NCBI GenBank assembly: GCA_050084985.1
Contig: JBITNC010000001.1
Span: 24,304,001 to 24,368,000, forward strand
Source of the DNA: Nageia nagi
Lineage: Eukaryota; Plantae; Pinophyta
Reading direction: 5' to 3'
Length of the DNA stretch: 64,000 bases
This document shows positions 40,368 to 53,980 of this stretch, piece by piece. Within the stretch, counting starts at the first letter, position 1; every line of letters starts with the position of its first letter. The translations under genes and the position numbers were made by a program. The notes beneath the pieces are model-generated. The model did no database searches, was not told the DNA's origin, and was given only the letters and a program-made list of their open reading frames with translations.

Positions 40368-43300
40368 CAGACTAAGTTCCCCTTGCTATTGATTAGGGGT
40401 AATTTTATCAAAGGTTGGATATAATGAGTTCCTTAAATATGATTCATGTAATACACTATTCATCATAGTGTTAGGAGGTAATTGAATCTCATAGTGATTC
40501 TGCCTTGTAATCTTGAAGATTTTGAAGGGCCCATAGTACTACACAACATGCTTTTTTATCCTCCTTTGGTTTTTTGGAGACATCATATATGGTTGCATGC
40601 TAATGTACACATGCTCTCCTATTTTAAATTATTTTCCCTTAACTAATGGTGTAGAGTATCTTGATGATTCTTCTTTACCATTTGATATATGTTGATGTGT
40701 GGATACACCTATGCTTCTATTTTCTTCCTCATCACTATTAAATGGTGAATTGGTGGATTGGTTTGGCTCCTTATTGTGATGACTTGGGATTCCTTTATAG
40801 GTAGTTAGAGTCTTCTCCACTTGGTAAGGAGATTATTCATGTGTATCTTGAGGAACTCTCTTTTATGCCACCTCAAATTGCTTCAGATATCCCTTTATTT
40901 TAGCTTTCATTCTAGTAATGAATTCTCTCAAATACATCCTATCACTAAACAAGTTTAAGTATAGTTCCCTGGTGCTACAAAAAGCTTCCATCATTGTTTA
41001 TAGGTTTGGATAAGAGATTATTCCCTTAAAATGTTATACTTTTTTTAGTAGCATAAGAGCATCATTTAGCTGAATCATTCCTTTTTATTCCTGTATTTGG
41101 ATGATCATCAAATTATCTTCCCACTTGGTTGGGTCCATGTAACCCCACTTAGTTAAAAAGATAATTCTCCTTCCTTCCTTTTTGGAGAAAAAAGATGGGC
41201 TAGTGAAATATCCCAAGTACAATCTCATAAGTGCAAATTAGCTAATTAATTACCAAATAAAATAAAAAATACATCCACATCTAGACTACGGAATCAAAGA
41301 CATGCAAATATAAACTAAAAATGAAAAGTTTACACTTAATAAGAAAGATCAACACTCAAATGCCCAACGTCATGCACAATGAGATAATATTGCACCAAAC
41401 ACAAACAATGATGAGACAAGAATGAGATCCAAGTATGTCACATTCTCAATTAATGATAGAATGTAAAGTATAATATAAATCAATCCTAATAAGGCTCAAT
41501 GTTGGTCTCCAAGGAGCCGACTAGGGCATACAAATATGACAATGTGATCATTGTTGGAACAATGGATGTGACAAATACAGTCCCATAAGAATTGAATCCT
41601 CTCCATTAAAGGATTCCTCTCTAAATCTTGAAAACCAACTGAATTGTAGGAATTCAACCTTAGAATACCACCATATGGACTAATATGCTACATCTTAGCT
41701 ATAGATTAGTAAGATCCCTAAGCCTACTAACCCTCCTATATGTTGCACCTAGGGGAAGATTGCTTGACGTTGCACCAAGACTTATGTCCATTGGATGGTA
41801 GGAGAAATATTATTAAATTAGTATGTCCATGCAATAATCCTCTAATTCCTAATCTAGTCAATTCTAGATCTAGATTATCACCTCAAAATCATTCATGCCT
41901 TCCCTGTCTAACATTAGCCTCCTAGGGATCCTCAAATTCTTTTAACATGTCATAAATGCTCATGTGTGGGGTTTAGTGCCTTCCTAAGGTGTGATGTGGG
42001 CCTCTAAGGGTGATGGAATTCCTCCAAGTCCAATGTTGGGATCTGAGAAGTCCCCCCATGTAACACTACCTCTTATTTCTTGATAATATTTTTCACCTAT
42101 TTTCAAGATAAAAAATCCTAAAATTTTAGACCCTTTTTTTGTTTAGTTTAATCATTCAAATTGTCTAGGAATGGACAAGGTAATCCTTATGAGCATATCA
42201 ATGCTACTAGCTAGTCAGCACTCACATGGAAATATTTTCCAAATTCATATTAGCCAATCTTGATCATAATTCTTCTGGTGTTCACTTATCAATGCTCATC
42301 CTGTTAGAAGATGCCACATAAGTGATCCCACCATTTTTGCTCATGAACTATGCAACAAACATTCTGGTCATAATGTAGTGGTTTCCTACTAAGGGCCCAT
42401 ATCACTTGAGAGAACTCTTATCCACTAGGTTATTCATATTTTTTTATGTAACCCATTGATTCACAGGTGCAAATAGATTATCGTAGGAAATATCCCATAT
42501 TAAATGAGTAAGCATCATCGCCTATGGAAGAGTCTTCATACTCTTATTTGCTAAATTGTAAGTAGTATAACTACTAGTTACCCTCATCTAGTAACTGTAA
42601 TTTTATTGATTACTACCCTAATTTGACAACCTATCAAGGATATGAGACATTATCCTACCCATATCTATCGGCTAGGCTCATAGTGGAGTTCAAAATCCCT
42701 ATACCCATATCTTGGGGAGCCATGGATATTGGAATAATATCCTTGAGTGGTTTGTATAGTCTAATAAGTTTTAAGCAAGGTTATAAAATAAAACCACCCC
42801 ATGTTCTATCAATCCTAGAAATAATTGATCCCAGATCAATTATTAGGATTTCTAGGTTTTATGCTTGTACCAAGAATTAAGATTTTAATCTAATCTAATT
42901 CATGATAAATAAACCATATTTCACATTCTAAAACATATTTGGAAAATAAGTAATAAATTCATCAGCATATGCAAGAAGTTTCGAATCAAACTTGTTCATG
43001 AAGTCACTAAGAATATTCAAAATTACTATAGTTTTCCCATATGCATGGTGCGACATAAGAAGTACTACCCTATGAGAACTTCAAATGCTAGAAACTAATA
43101 ACAATCCTTGAGTTAACACTAAATTCAACTACTTCTAACAAGGAAGTGCAGCATGGAGTGGTCCATACTCAAGGAATATAATTTTTTGTGTTTAGAGAGT
43201 CTACATAACAAGAGTTTGACTAATGTACTTTCTATGTATTTGTCCCCATCGTTGAGACAAACCATAAACTCCATCCTTGTATACTTAATTCAATTTTATG

Positions 43301-43443
43301 ATAAGACTAAAGTCTACTTTATCCCTTTAGGGTTTATCACCTAGTTTAGGTCATCTTTAAGGATTATCTCTAAACCTTAATACTTGATTTAAGCTTGAAC
43401 CAAGTATCATTACTCAAGATAATTATCCATCTTATAAGGCTAT

Positions 43444-43472
43444 GTATATATATATATATATATAATATATAT
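43444..43472. repeat. (TA)n microsatellite (another at 19049-19067)
   Basis: Direct inspection. Confidence 0.9.
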
Positions 43473-44869
43473 ATCATATGTTATGTCATACTTTTGAATG
43501 AATACAACGTTTCCTAAGGACACTAGGTTATCCTACTTGATCCACATACAAGTGTCTAAGGATCAATGGTGTCATTCCATCAATCTCATTTTGCTATTAA
43601 TCCACACTTAGCTAGAGAATGCAATGTTACTTTGTTTTACCAATTAATTATCTTCATATTAGAGATCCTTTCTCCTTGTTGAATTAATTTCCATGATATC
43701 ACTACATAATATGGGTTATAAAAAGACAAACTTAGCTTATGATTACTTTAGGGACATTAGATTGTCCTCTACATAATTACACCCATGAATATGGTTTTAC
43801 TGACACTAAATAGATGGTTATTGTTATGGAGCTAAGGGTGTAGTAATACTTTCTTTGCATTATATACTAAATTCATGTGGGAACATTTTTGGGTTCAATT
43901 ATACCAGATATCATAAATACATTTAAGAATATCTCATAGAGTGAATCACATAAAATACATCCCTTGGATTATTACCAATAGGTTTACATATGAACCATAG
44001 GCTATATATATGGATACATAATTTATGTGAATGATAGCTCCATCTCAAATCTTAATGAATATTACAATCTATCAAAATATAGGGTAATCTTATCTTATAC
44101 ATCATGGAATATGAAACACTTAATTACATATGTGTTCCCTTACATACAATGTAGGGAATTTATATCATATCATTGTAGAGGTATTTGATGAACTTCATTA
44201 AGTATTCATCCTTTGGATGTAGCTCCTTACCATCTTCATCTCCCATGTTCTTCCAAGGATCCAAGGTTTATTGATTTTGAGTACTAGGAAAGGCTTATGA
44301 GTATTGAGGGTCAGGATAACCTTTTGACCAAAATGCTTCTTACTGTAAATACATCTTAATCCATTTCAACAGGATCAAATACCTCTTTTAAGAACCTCAG
44401 TAGGTTTTATGTTCCCTCTTAGAACGACCTCCCTTTCTTGACCTTAGGGTCATGCTTCAATCGTAACTCAACAATTTAAACAATGTTCCATAATTATTCT
44501 TAATTTACAAATCAAGCAATTTGACATATTTTCCTTCAAATAATAGGAAACTATTACACCATCACTTCAATCATGATCATCCAATCATTAAACCCAAAAG
44601 CAATTCAAAATACTTATTTAAAAAACACCTTACTTTACTCATTGTAAACCCTTATCAAATGTGTTTAAATACAATAAAATAAAATAAAATAAAGGTTACT
44701 AATTGTTCATCAGAATGCCTCACCATAGTATAGCCTTACACCCAATCAACCTTATGGATTGTTCGACAACAAATCTCTTTGGTATGATCAAACACATTAC
44801 ATCTATACTGGAAGGCTCTGTAATTTATGGAGTACCATCGATTCCAATGAAATGGTCTTGGGTTTGCAC

Positions 44870-45720
44870 CAAAGGATACGTTTGGAATGCATGAGATTTA
44901 TTCAGAAAACTATCTCACAACGTAACCTCGTGGACCCCAATGGTCGTAGGATATGTTGGAAGGATTGCAAATTGATTGAAAAAATGCCTCATCCATCTAC
45001 TTTCAAAATCGTAGGGAATGCACAGAGTAGTTGCGTTGATATGGTCTTTGTATTGTTTTACAGAATGCCCATTTAAATGCATAAAATGTATGCCTCGTCG
45101 ATTCGTAATGAATATAGAATTTACTCAAAATGGATGCGTTGGAGGAGCTATGTGAATGGTTTGAAAAATTACCTCGGATAGAACTGTGATTTGTTTAACA
45201 AAATGCCACTTCAAAATGCCGCCTAAGGTCTCGTAATGATCAAGTATGATCCAATAGATTAGTGAAAGGAAGCTTGTGAATTAATTTTTGTAATTTACTC
45301 ATCGGAATGTCACCTCTCGCATATATACAACTATATTGGATAGGCCTACGAATCGCTTGGGTATGCACAAGACGACTACGTTACAGGGGTCCATGAATTA
45401 TTTTGATAAAAACTTCATCGAATATACTTCCTTGGGCCATAATGGTCACAGATACATACCAATGATAGTGCTATAAGAATGACGAATGGTTGACAAATTA
45501 CTCATTTGAGTGCAGTCTCATAGATCACAACAATCGATAAGCGATAGGCCCAAAATGGATACACAGAAGGGTCCTACGAATTGCTGAACAAATTATCTCA
45601 TCTAATATGGATTCATGGGTGCAATAGGTGAAGTATATACATAGAAAGGCATGCTAGAAGGATCCTCAAGTTTTGCTATATAAAATGCCTATTGAAATGC
45701 CATTTCAGCATCAGAATAGG
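44870..45720. repeat. Degenerate ~90-bp tandem array, relatively CpG-rich
   Basis: GAAGG...GAATT/GG..TGA.AAATTA.CTCATC-type anchors near 44960, 45050, 45141, 45267, 45384, 45475, 45566, 45657. Confidence 0.65.
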
Positions 45721-47299
45721 CGAAGAGTATGTGCCTGTAAAATCTACCAAAAATACCTCACCAAAGGCATTGCATTGATCTCTGGTTATCCGAAAAAGAA
45801 TCTACGAGTGGAGTGAAAATGCCATACAACATGGCTCATAGGAATACATCGACTAATCATGTCTATATAATATAATTTGTTTGGCCTATCACATAATGCA
45901 TGACGTGTGACTTCCCATACAAACAAAATAAATAGTTTAAAATAAAGGATTTACTTTATTCATTTACAATAGTGTACAAATAGTCACATCCACATAAGAA
46001 AATGAAAGGCTTTCTTAAAGTACCACTAATATAAGACTAATAAATACAAAATTCTTCAATAATATTATCATAAACCTTCACATATACTATAAAAGCTATC
46101 AATTAAAATGTAAATACTTGGCTAAATATTTTAGCATTAGTATCTAAAATACTAGAAGGAGCACCTAAACTTGAGAGGAGAAGATTCCCTTCTTCATGTA
46201 CTCCTAGATCAATCTTGGGAGAAAAGAGAAGTGTTTTCCAATGCTCACCCCACCTAGATATTTATAGTCTAAGGGTAGTAGGATCCATACATAAATAATT
46301 GCGCACCTTCCATAAGGAAACAAAAAAATTTATCAATCATTTTACACCTAACAAAAGAAAATAATTTGCATGGGGGAGATAACTCAATTATTTTTGCAAG
46401 GTGCCAAAATAACCTTGCAACCACCAATAAAAGACAAATAATCCTTTTAACCCCTAATTTTTTTATTTTTACTCAATTTCACTAATATTCCTTGGTTAAA
46501 CTTTGAATTCAAATAATTAGAATATTCCTTGCAAATAGTCAATTTATTTCGTATGTAGATTCCAAAAGGTATGTCTTATTTTTAAGCACATATTTACCTA
46601 CGAAGACCACTTGTCTTGTAAGGTAGATTTGCTAGTGCACACACAGATAAAAAAGCATCATCGAAATCGAGTATTATGCACCATAATTATAATATGCATC
46701 TATATGATCTATGAAGATCTTAATAGCTGTCAATGAATCAACGTCAATCATTTCCTCACTCTTACCAATCTGTTCCTGTAACCAACTCATCCTTGGTCCC
46801 TTGGGTCTCTAACTTGACTTCCCATCTTGAGTCAACCTGTAACTTGTGTCATAAAATCTCAAAGACAACATCAAATCAGCATAAATAATGCATATATCCA
46901 CTCAAAATTATTCATTTCACAACATAAATAATCTTAATCACATTCAAATTCTTTATGGTATTCGAGTCTTAATAAATGTGATTGAACGAGTTGTTACACC
47001 CCATGTTATGTGTTGGGTTTCTAGGAGTTATACATGTGTGTAGATTCTATTTTCATGTCCATACAAGTCCTTGGTATTTCCAAAATAAATGTTTGGGATC
47101 TCTAAGTACATAAAATAATATTAAATTATGTTATCCTATGCTTGGGAGGAAGATGTCCCACTTGGGGCTCATAGTGGGGTCCAACAGACCATTATTATTT
47201 CTATCCCAATTACTAACAACAAATGCATAAATAAATATTTACAAGAGGGAATTTGTAGGATTTCACAATTAATTATCTTTTACAAGAGAGGGTGTTACA

Positions 47300-49990
47300 A
47301 AGCCTTCCCTCTCAAAATTTCTTACCCTTAAGCAATTCAATGATGGATGTGCTAGTATCTCTTCTTCTTCCCATGTAGAGTGTTCATCAAGTAAGTCCTT
47401 CCGTTTGATCTTAACTTCTTCACCTGAGTCTCCAACACCTTTTTTGGAATAAAAACCAATTGTCCCTCTTCAACAAGTGGTGGAACTATGGTAGATAGTG
47501 TGTCTTGTTGTTCCACAACCATTTTAGGAGTGACACATGAAAGGTGTTGTGGATCTTGCTCTCCTTGGGAAGTTCTAGCTCATAAACAGTTTTTCCAATC
47601 TTACGTAGGATTTTGTATGGCCCAAAGAATCTAGGATTTAGTTTCTCTACTCTTCTCTTCTTGAGGGTGGGTTGTTGAAATGGTTGTAATCTCAAATACA
47701 TCATCTCCCTTACTTCAAAATCCCTATTAACCTCTTTTAGTCAATGTACTTCTTTTTATGATTTTGGACCATTTACAAATTTCCTTTAGATCCTTCATAA
47801 TGTCTTGATGTTCCTGCAAGAAATTTTTAGCTTTGGGGGATTTCCCTTCATCAAAAACCAAATCTATGAAGTTAGGAGCATCATAACCATACAAATCTTT
47901 GAAAGAATACATTATTATAGACAAGTGGTATGTAAAATTGTAACAATACTCCCTAATGTTGAGCCATTTAACCCACATTTGATGTTGTCATGTTACATAG
48001 TGCCTCAAATATCCCTCTACCCATTTATTTACAATTTTTGTTTGTTCATCAGTTTGTAGGTGATAGCTAGTTCTTGGGGTTAGATTAGTGCCTCTTAATC
48101 GAAATAGTTCTTACCAAAACATGCTCATAAACTTGTTGTCCCTATACTTATAATTCTTTTTGGTAACCCATGCAATTTGAAGATTTATTTGAAGAACAAA
48201 TAAGCCAACTGTATTTTTGTATATGTGATAGTAATGGAAAAGAAATGGGCAAATTTAGTAAGCCTATCTACTACCACACAAAAATACAATCTTTACCTTG
48301 CAATTTTGGAAGACTTGTAATGAAATCCATGGAGATATATTCCCACTTTTGTTGTGGAATAGGTAATGGCTAAAGTAATCCTATTAGCCTTACATTCTCC
48401 TCCTTATTTTCTTGGCATTGTACACATTCCTGAATGTATTTATAAATGTTTTGTTTAATCGATTTCCATACAAATCTCTTCATTATTGTTCTATATGTTT
48501 TCATGATACATGGATGATTTGCAAGGGGAATATTATGCAAATCATGGAGTAGCTTTTCCTCCTTTTTTGAGTTAAGGATTGGAGTTTATGTACCCACCTT
48601 GTTTTTCTCACTCAGATATGGTTGGATGAGAAAATGTTTCAAGATATTGTGATCACTCATGATGATGAATGGACCACAAATAAGATATTGCCTGAACCTC
48701 TCCAATGCATGCATGATGGCCAACATTTCCTTATCGTACACACTAAAATTTTGTTTTGAATTTATGAGTTTCCTAATTTTAAATGCTATTGGCTATCCTT
48801 TTTGCATAAGTACAACCATAACACCAAGCTTATATGCATCACACTCAACATTAAAAGGAACTAAAAAATCAAGGATAGCTAAGAAAGGAAAGGAACACAT
48901 AACCTTTTTGAGAGCCTCAAAGGCCTCTTTAGCACCCTCATCTCATATGAATGTATCCTTTTTGTTCAATTGCATCAAGGGGAAAATGATTTATGAGAAA
49001 TCATGTATGAACCTCCAGTAGCAATTGCATAACCCCAAAAATCCTTTCAATTGTGTTAATGTGGTAGGCATCAACCAATCCTGGATTGGTTCATTTTTTC
49101 TCTCATCTACACTAACTCTGTTATGGTTGATTACATGATTCAAGTACATAATTTTAATCATGCCAAACTCACATTTGGATTACTTAGCATAGAACTTTTG
49201 ATCTTGAAGAGTGCTCAAAACATGGTCCAAGTGTTGGAGGTGCTCTACCCATGTTTTGTTATACACCAAGATGTCATCAAAGAAAACCAATACAAAATTC
49301 CTCAACTGTTCTCTAAAAACTTGATTCAAGCCTAATTAAAAAGTGGTTGGTGCATTAGTAAATCCAAATGGCATAACTAAAAACTTGAAGTATCGATAAT
49401 GGCACCTAAATGCATTATTATGGATATCTTCCTCCTTCATTCTTATTTGATGATATCCTAATCTCAAATCAATTTTTGAGAAATATATAGCACCATGCAA
49501 GTCATTGATGAGATCATTTATTCTAGGTATGGGATGCTTATTTTTGATGTTCTTCTTATTGAGCATGTGATAGTTAGTGCACATTTGCATAGACCCACCC
49601 TTCTTCTTGACCAAAACCACCAAATAGGAAAAGGAACTTGAGCTTGGTTGTTTGAATCCCATGTCCAATAATTCTTTGATAGTCTTCTCAATCTCATCCT
49701 TTTAGAACTTTGGCTGCTGATAGGGAGTGATCATGACTGATTTTTCTCCTAGCTCCATCTCAATGGTGTGCTCAAATCCTTTGAAGGATGGCAACCCTTT
49801 AGGCATATCTCCAAAACTATTTTGGTATTTATCCAAGATGTATTGGACCTTTGCTAGCTATGATTTTCCTTCCTTAGTGTGAAACATAGGGCCTCCCTTG
49901 GCCAAGATGAAAATGCAATCCCACTCTATCTCCTCTTTTTAGAAGATGAAACTCATCTTCTTGTACAAAACAATTTGAGTAGTGGCCTCT
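47300..49990 (-). pseudogene. Chromovirus pol pseudogene (RT-RH-INT-chromodomain)
   Basis: VVLVKKKGGSMQMCTNYHMLNK...PIPRI..L..LHGAIYFSKIDLRLGYHQIRM...VMPFGFTNAPTTF; LRLQPFQQ...KLNPRFFGPYKIL; IKRKDLLDEHSTWE. Confidence 0.92.
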
Positions 49991-52900
49991 AATCTATTAC
50001 AAGTTGCTCTTGATATGAGCGATAACTTTTGCTCGCTCCCTTTCTTCAGATCCAATAGAGTGATCAAGTCTTTGGTGCCCCCTAATGGTCCAGATCCAGA
50101 CATTTGGATCATGGTTGGATATCCTTATCCAATGCTATATTTTCTCCATGCAAACACTTTATAACCCAAAATATCTTGATAAATCTAGAAGGTGATGTCT
50201 CTTTGGAACTCTTTGGTGGTTCCTCGGTAGATCTAGAGCAAAATTTCAATCTTTGGTAGAGTCTTATGTGTTGGAACAAATCTAGACTTCAATGTCTACC
50301 CTATTTTCTTGTTCATATTCTCCTCATGTCATTCACCCAAAAACCTTAATATCCTCTCCCTTTCTTCTAAGGGGATCTTCTTATCTTCAAATTTTTGGAG
50401 TACCTAGCAAAAAACTACCTTCCTGAATTCTAACTTTTTTACTCTGGTTGTAGATTTGGCTTCCATTTTCTCATGCGGTAAGATATTCAACTTTGATACC
50501 ATTGAAATATCCCAAGTATAATATCAAGTGAAAATTATCCAATTAATTACCAAATAAAATGAAATATACACCCATGTTTGGATTATGGCATCAAAGACAT
50601 ACAAATATAAGGTAGGAATGTTAACATTACACTTAATAAGCAAGAACAACACTCAAATTCCCAATGTCATGCATAATAAGATGATATTGAACCAAATGCA
50701 CATAATTATGAGATAATAATGAGATACAAGTATGTCACAATCTCAATTAATGATAGAATATCAAGTACAATACCAACCAGGATCAATAGAACTCAACATT
50801 AGCCTCCAAGGAGCCAACTAGGGCATATGAATATGCAAATATCATCACTATTAAAATAATGTATGGGATAGCTACACTCCCTCAAGCTCTGAATCCTTAC
50901 CACTAAAGGATCTCTCTCAAAATCTTGGAAACCAACTAAATGTTAGGATTGCAACCTTAAAATACCATCGATTGGACTAAGATGCTACACCTTAGCCATA
51001 GATTAGCAAGATCCCTTAGCCTGTTAACCCTCTTAGATGTTGGACCTAGGGGAATATTGCTTGATGTTGTGCTAAGACTTGCATCCAATAGATGGTAGGA
51101 AAAATATTATCAAATTAGTATGTTGATGCAATGAAAAAAATATTATCAAATTAGTATGTTGATGCAATGATCCTCCAATGCCCGATATAGCTCAAGTCTA
51201 GATCTAGATTATCACCTCGAAATCATCCATGCCTCCTCTATCCAATGTTAGCCTCCTAGGTACCCTAAAATGCCTCAAACATTTTATAAATGATCATGCA
51301 TGTGGTTTAAAACCTCCCTAAGGTTTTACATAGGCCTCCAAGGGTGATGGGATGTCTCCAAGTCTAACGTTGGGATCCTAGAATTCCCCCCATGTCATAC
51401 GTTGGATTTTTAGTAGTCATACATATACCTAGATCCTATTTTCATATCCATACAAAGACTTGGGATTCCCACAATAAATGTTTGGGATATCCAAGTACAT
51501 AAAATAACACTAAATTATGCTAACCTATGCTTGGGAGGAAGACATCCCACTTGGGACTCACAGTGGGGTCCAACAAATCATTATTATTTCTATCCCAAGT
51601 ACTAATAATTAATAAATATTTACAAGAGGGAATCCATAGGATTTCACAATTAATTATCTTTTACAAGAAAGGATGTTATAGCTAGCAAAATTTATGCCTA
51701 TTTCTTTACTTTGGTCAAAAGTCTCTTGGGGTTTTGGTATTTCCTTTTCCTTGCATTCTAATGATACCATCTCCACCAAGTCTACTTGTCCTTTGATATC
51801 TAAAAATATTTTGAAATATATCACCTTCTTGTAGTTGTTAGATCTTATTTTGTACCTATTTAGTTGTTCATCTAATTTATTTTCTTTATCCTTGATAATC
51901 ACTCTTGTCTTGGTTGGCTCTTTCCTCATACTAGAAATCACATGGTTACATAAATCTAGCATCTTTTCTAGTTTCTGATCAACTTCTTTGATCTAACCTA
52001 CCATGGTTACTAAGTAAGGCTTATTACTCTTATTTAATTTTTGCTTGTCAAAATAAAACACCTAGTAACCTCTAAATACTTTGATCTTTCAAACAAATTT
52101 TTTTGTGTCTTTATCCACTTATCACTACTATAAACAAAATGGAGTATTTTTTTCTTTTCTCCTATTTGAAAATAATTAAATATAAAATACTCAAGTTACT
52201 CAAACCTAGAATTTTTATCCTATCATGGTGGAATGAGCTAATAAAACCTTAAACTTGTATGTTATGGGCCCAAAGAACAAACTTAGAATTGGGTGTATCC
52301 TCTTGAATCTCAACGTCCACACACACAAATTGACTAGTGCCAACTAAATCCAAATTTTAAAATTTGGCCAAGATTACCAATTGCCCCACCTTTAAAGGAT
52401 GAATTTCTACAAGCTTACAGTAAATAGAGCTTCTTATACACCCAACATCTCACTTCAGGATTGCTTTATAATGCAAATCAATCTTCATAAATGCTCTTAA
52501 ACTACTAACATATGGCTTAGGGGATCCTCAAAATGCAAAAGAGAGCTTAGCAGTGCTCCTGGTATGCTAACATATGGCTAGAAATGATCCTAAAATGCAA
52601 GATAAGCCTAAAAAATCCTATAAGATACCAATGTCTACCTTTAGGTGGACTCAGAATGTAGAATGAACCTTTAAAAAACACTCAAAACAACAACATCTAT
52701 CTCCTAGAGAGATCAAAATGTGGAAATGAACTCAAAAATTCTATCAGGAATACAATGTTTGGCTTCATGTGGATTCGAAATGCAAATTTAGGCACAAAAA
52801 TCCCCTCAAAATAAAAACTTCCTCCTTGCAAAGGCCTCAAAATGCTTAATAAGCCTCAAAATGGCTCCTAGAATACCAACATCTCCTTCAGGTTGGCCGA

Positions 52901-53465
52901 AAATACTAGATCCAGATGAGCTCAAACTCTCCAAACAAACTCATATTCCTCCCTCAAACTTAGAATAAATTGAGAATGAACTTCAACTTGAAATTAAAAT
53001 GCAAAACATTTTTTAAAGTGTACCTTTTCAAGCTTGAAAAACCTCCTTAATGCTTCATAATTCAAAATTAGGGCTAAAAGATGCCGATGACTTTCTAAAA
53101 GGGTGAGATAGGGATACTAGATCCCCAATGATTTGCTCCAAGCATCTAGATCCTTTAGGAACTCCTTGAAAATGATCATTATGATGTTAGGTAAACTCCA
53201 CTCTTCAACAGGATAGCAAGAACTCTTTGTAAATAGCACTATGAGCACTTTGATCCCACATAATATTGCAATATCTCCTTCAACTCCTTCAGTAGCAATT
53301 CCTCAACTCTTACCCAACAACAAGGGAAAGATCTCCAACTTCCCTCAACAAATCCTTTGTGTGTGATACCACTGTGATGTGGGTTTCCCAATTCTTCAAC
53401 TCTCTATAGCTCTAACTCAAAATCCTCCATGAATGATTCCAATAGGATGGTAGAATTAAGGCTCT

Positions 53466-53889
53466 ATTGTATTAGGGCTACTCCTCAAAGGTTCCCTAAG
53501 AGAGGGACGTTTGTCTTCTAGCTTTCATCTAGGGGTATGATCTACCTCAAAGAGAGAGTATTAATGATTAGAGATACATTTAATTCCAATATTACAATCA
53601 TCAAGGCTAAAATATGCAATGCCTCCTTTAAAGAGACTAATATTGCATTTACAAATGAAGTTGCCTTGGTATTATAATTACAACATTTATTGGTATTTTA
53701 GCAATTAACTAAATGAAAATAAATAAATAAATGGCCATTTATTACACAATTAGAGCTTTTTAAGTCCCTTAGTAAAATTTAAAATATTTTGGCTAAATTA
53801 TACTAAAATAGATAAAATCACTCCTAAATTAATGTTCCCATTTATTAGAGCTGAAATGGGGAAAACACCTAAAAACTAGGGACATTACA
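53466..53889 (-). mobile_element. Family-A 5' LTR with ~1.1-kb internal deletion
   Basis: Short match to one LTR end (CTCCTCAAA...AGAGGGAC...AGCTTT) joined at ~53525 to the terminal ~365 bp of the other end. Confidence 0.7.
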
Positions 53890-53967
53890 ATAGTTTCAAA
53901 GCTTGGAGCCAAACATACCTCTCCTAGGGCACATTTGAGGAGTGAAACCTAGAACGGCTCATCATAG

Positions 53968-53980
53968 TGGTATCAAAGCC
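53968..53980 (+). promoter_or_regulatory. Primer-binding site (initiator tRNA-Met type) of the outer family-A element
   Basis: TGGTATCAAAGCC 1 nt after the LTR end; matches the plant consensus TGGTATCAGAGC. Confidence 0.85.

Larger units (their letters stand above)
42059..46998. mobile_element. 4.94-kb non-coding element, probable giant solo LTR
   Basis: TGTAACA...TGTTACA 7-bp terminal IR; TSD CCCCA (42054-42058, 46999-47003); empty site visible in the sister LTR near 51386-51400; CTATAAAT on the - strand near 46260. Confidence 0.85.
41204..51680 (-). mobile_element. Chromovirus LTR retrotransposon (LTR family B), two LTRs, gag/PR deleted
   Basis: 5' LTR 51680-50503, PBS TGGTATCAAAG 50501-50491, PPT GAGAGGGAAGG at 47313-47303, 3' LTR 47299-41204; TSD GCTAG at 41199-41203 and 51681-51685. 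Confidence 0.92.
40368..53465 (-). mobile_element. Family-A internal region copy 3 (40368-41203 + 51686-53465), split by a chromovirus
   Basis: Sequence is continuous across the GCTAG TSD; ATG 52004; LDLCNHVISSMRKEPTKTRVII...; GPF region near 40530; chromodomain/PPT end missing. Confidence 0.8.
22142..53889 (-). mobile_element. Inverted family-A insertion block (LTR...LTR) with nested elements
   Basis: Termini TATGATGAG (22142) and GACATTACA (53889), flanked by identical ATAGT (22137-22141, 53890-53894); host LTR is continuous across the block. Confidence 0.85.

Noticed and set aside
44703-45076. ORFs of 63 and 105 aa in the ~90-bp array as a repeat protein
   Set aside because: Unit lengths vary out of frame and no peptide periodicity is visible
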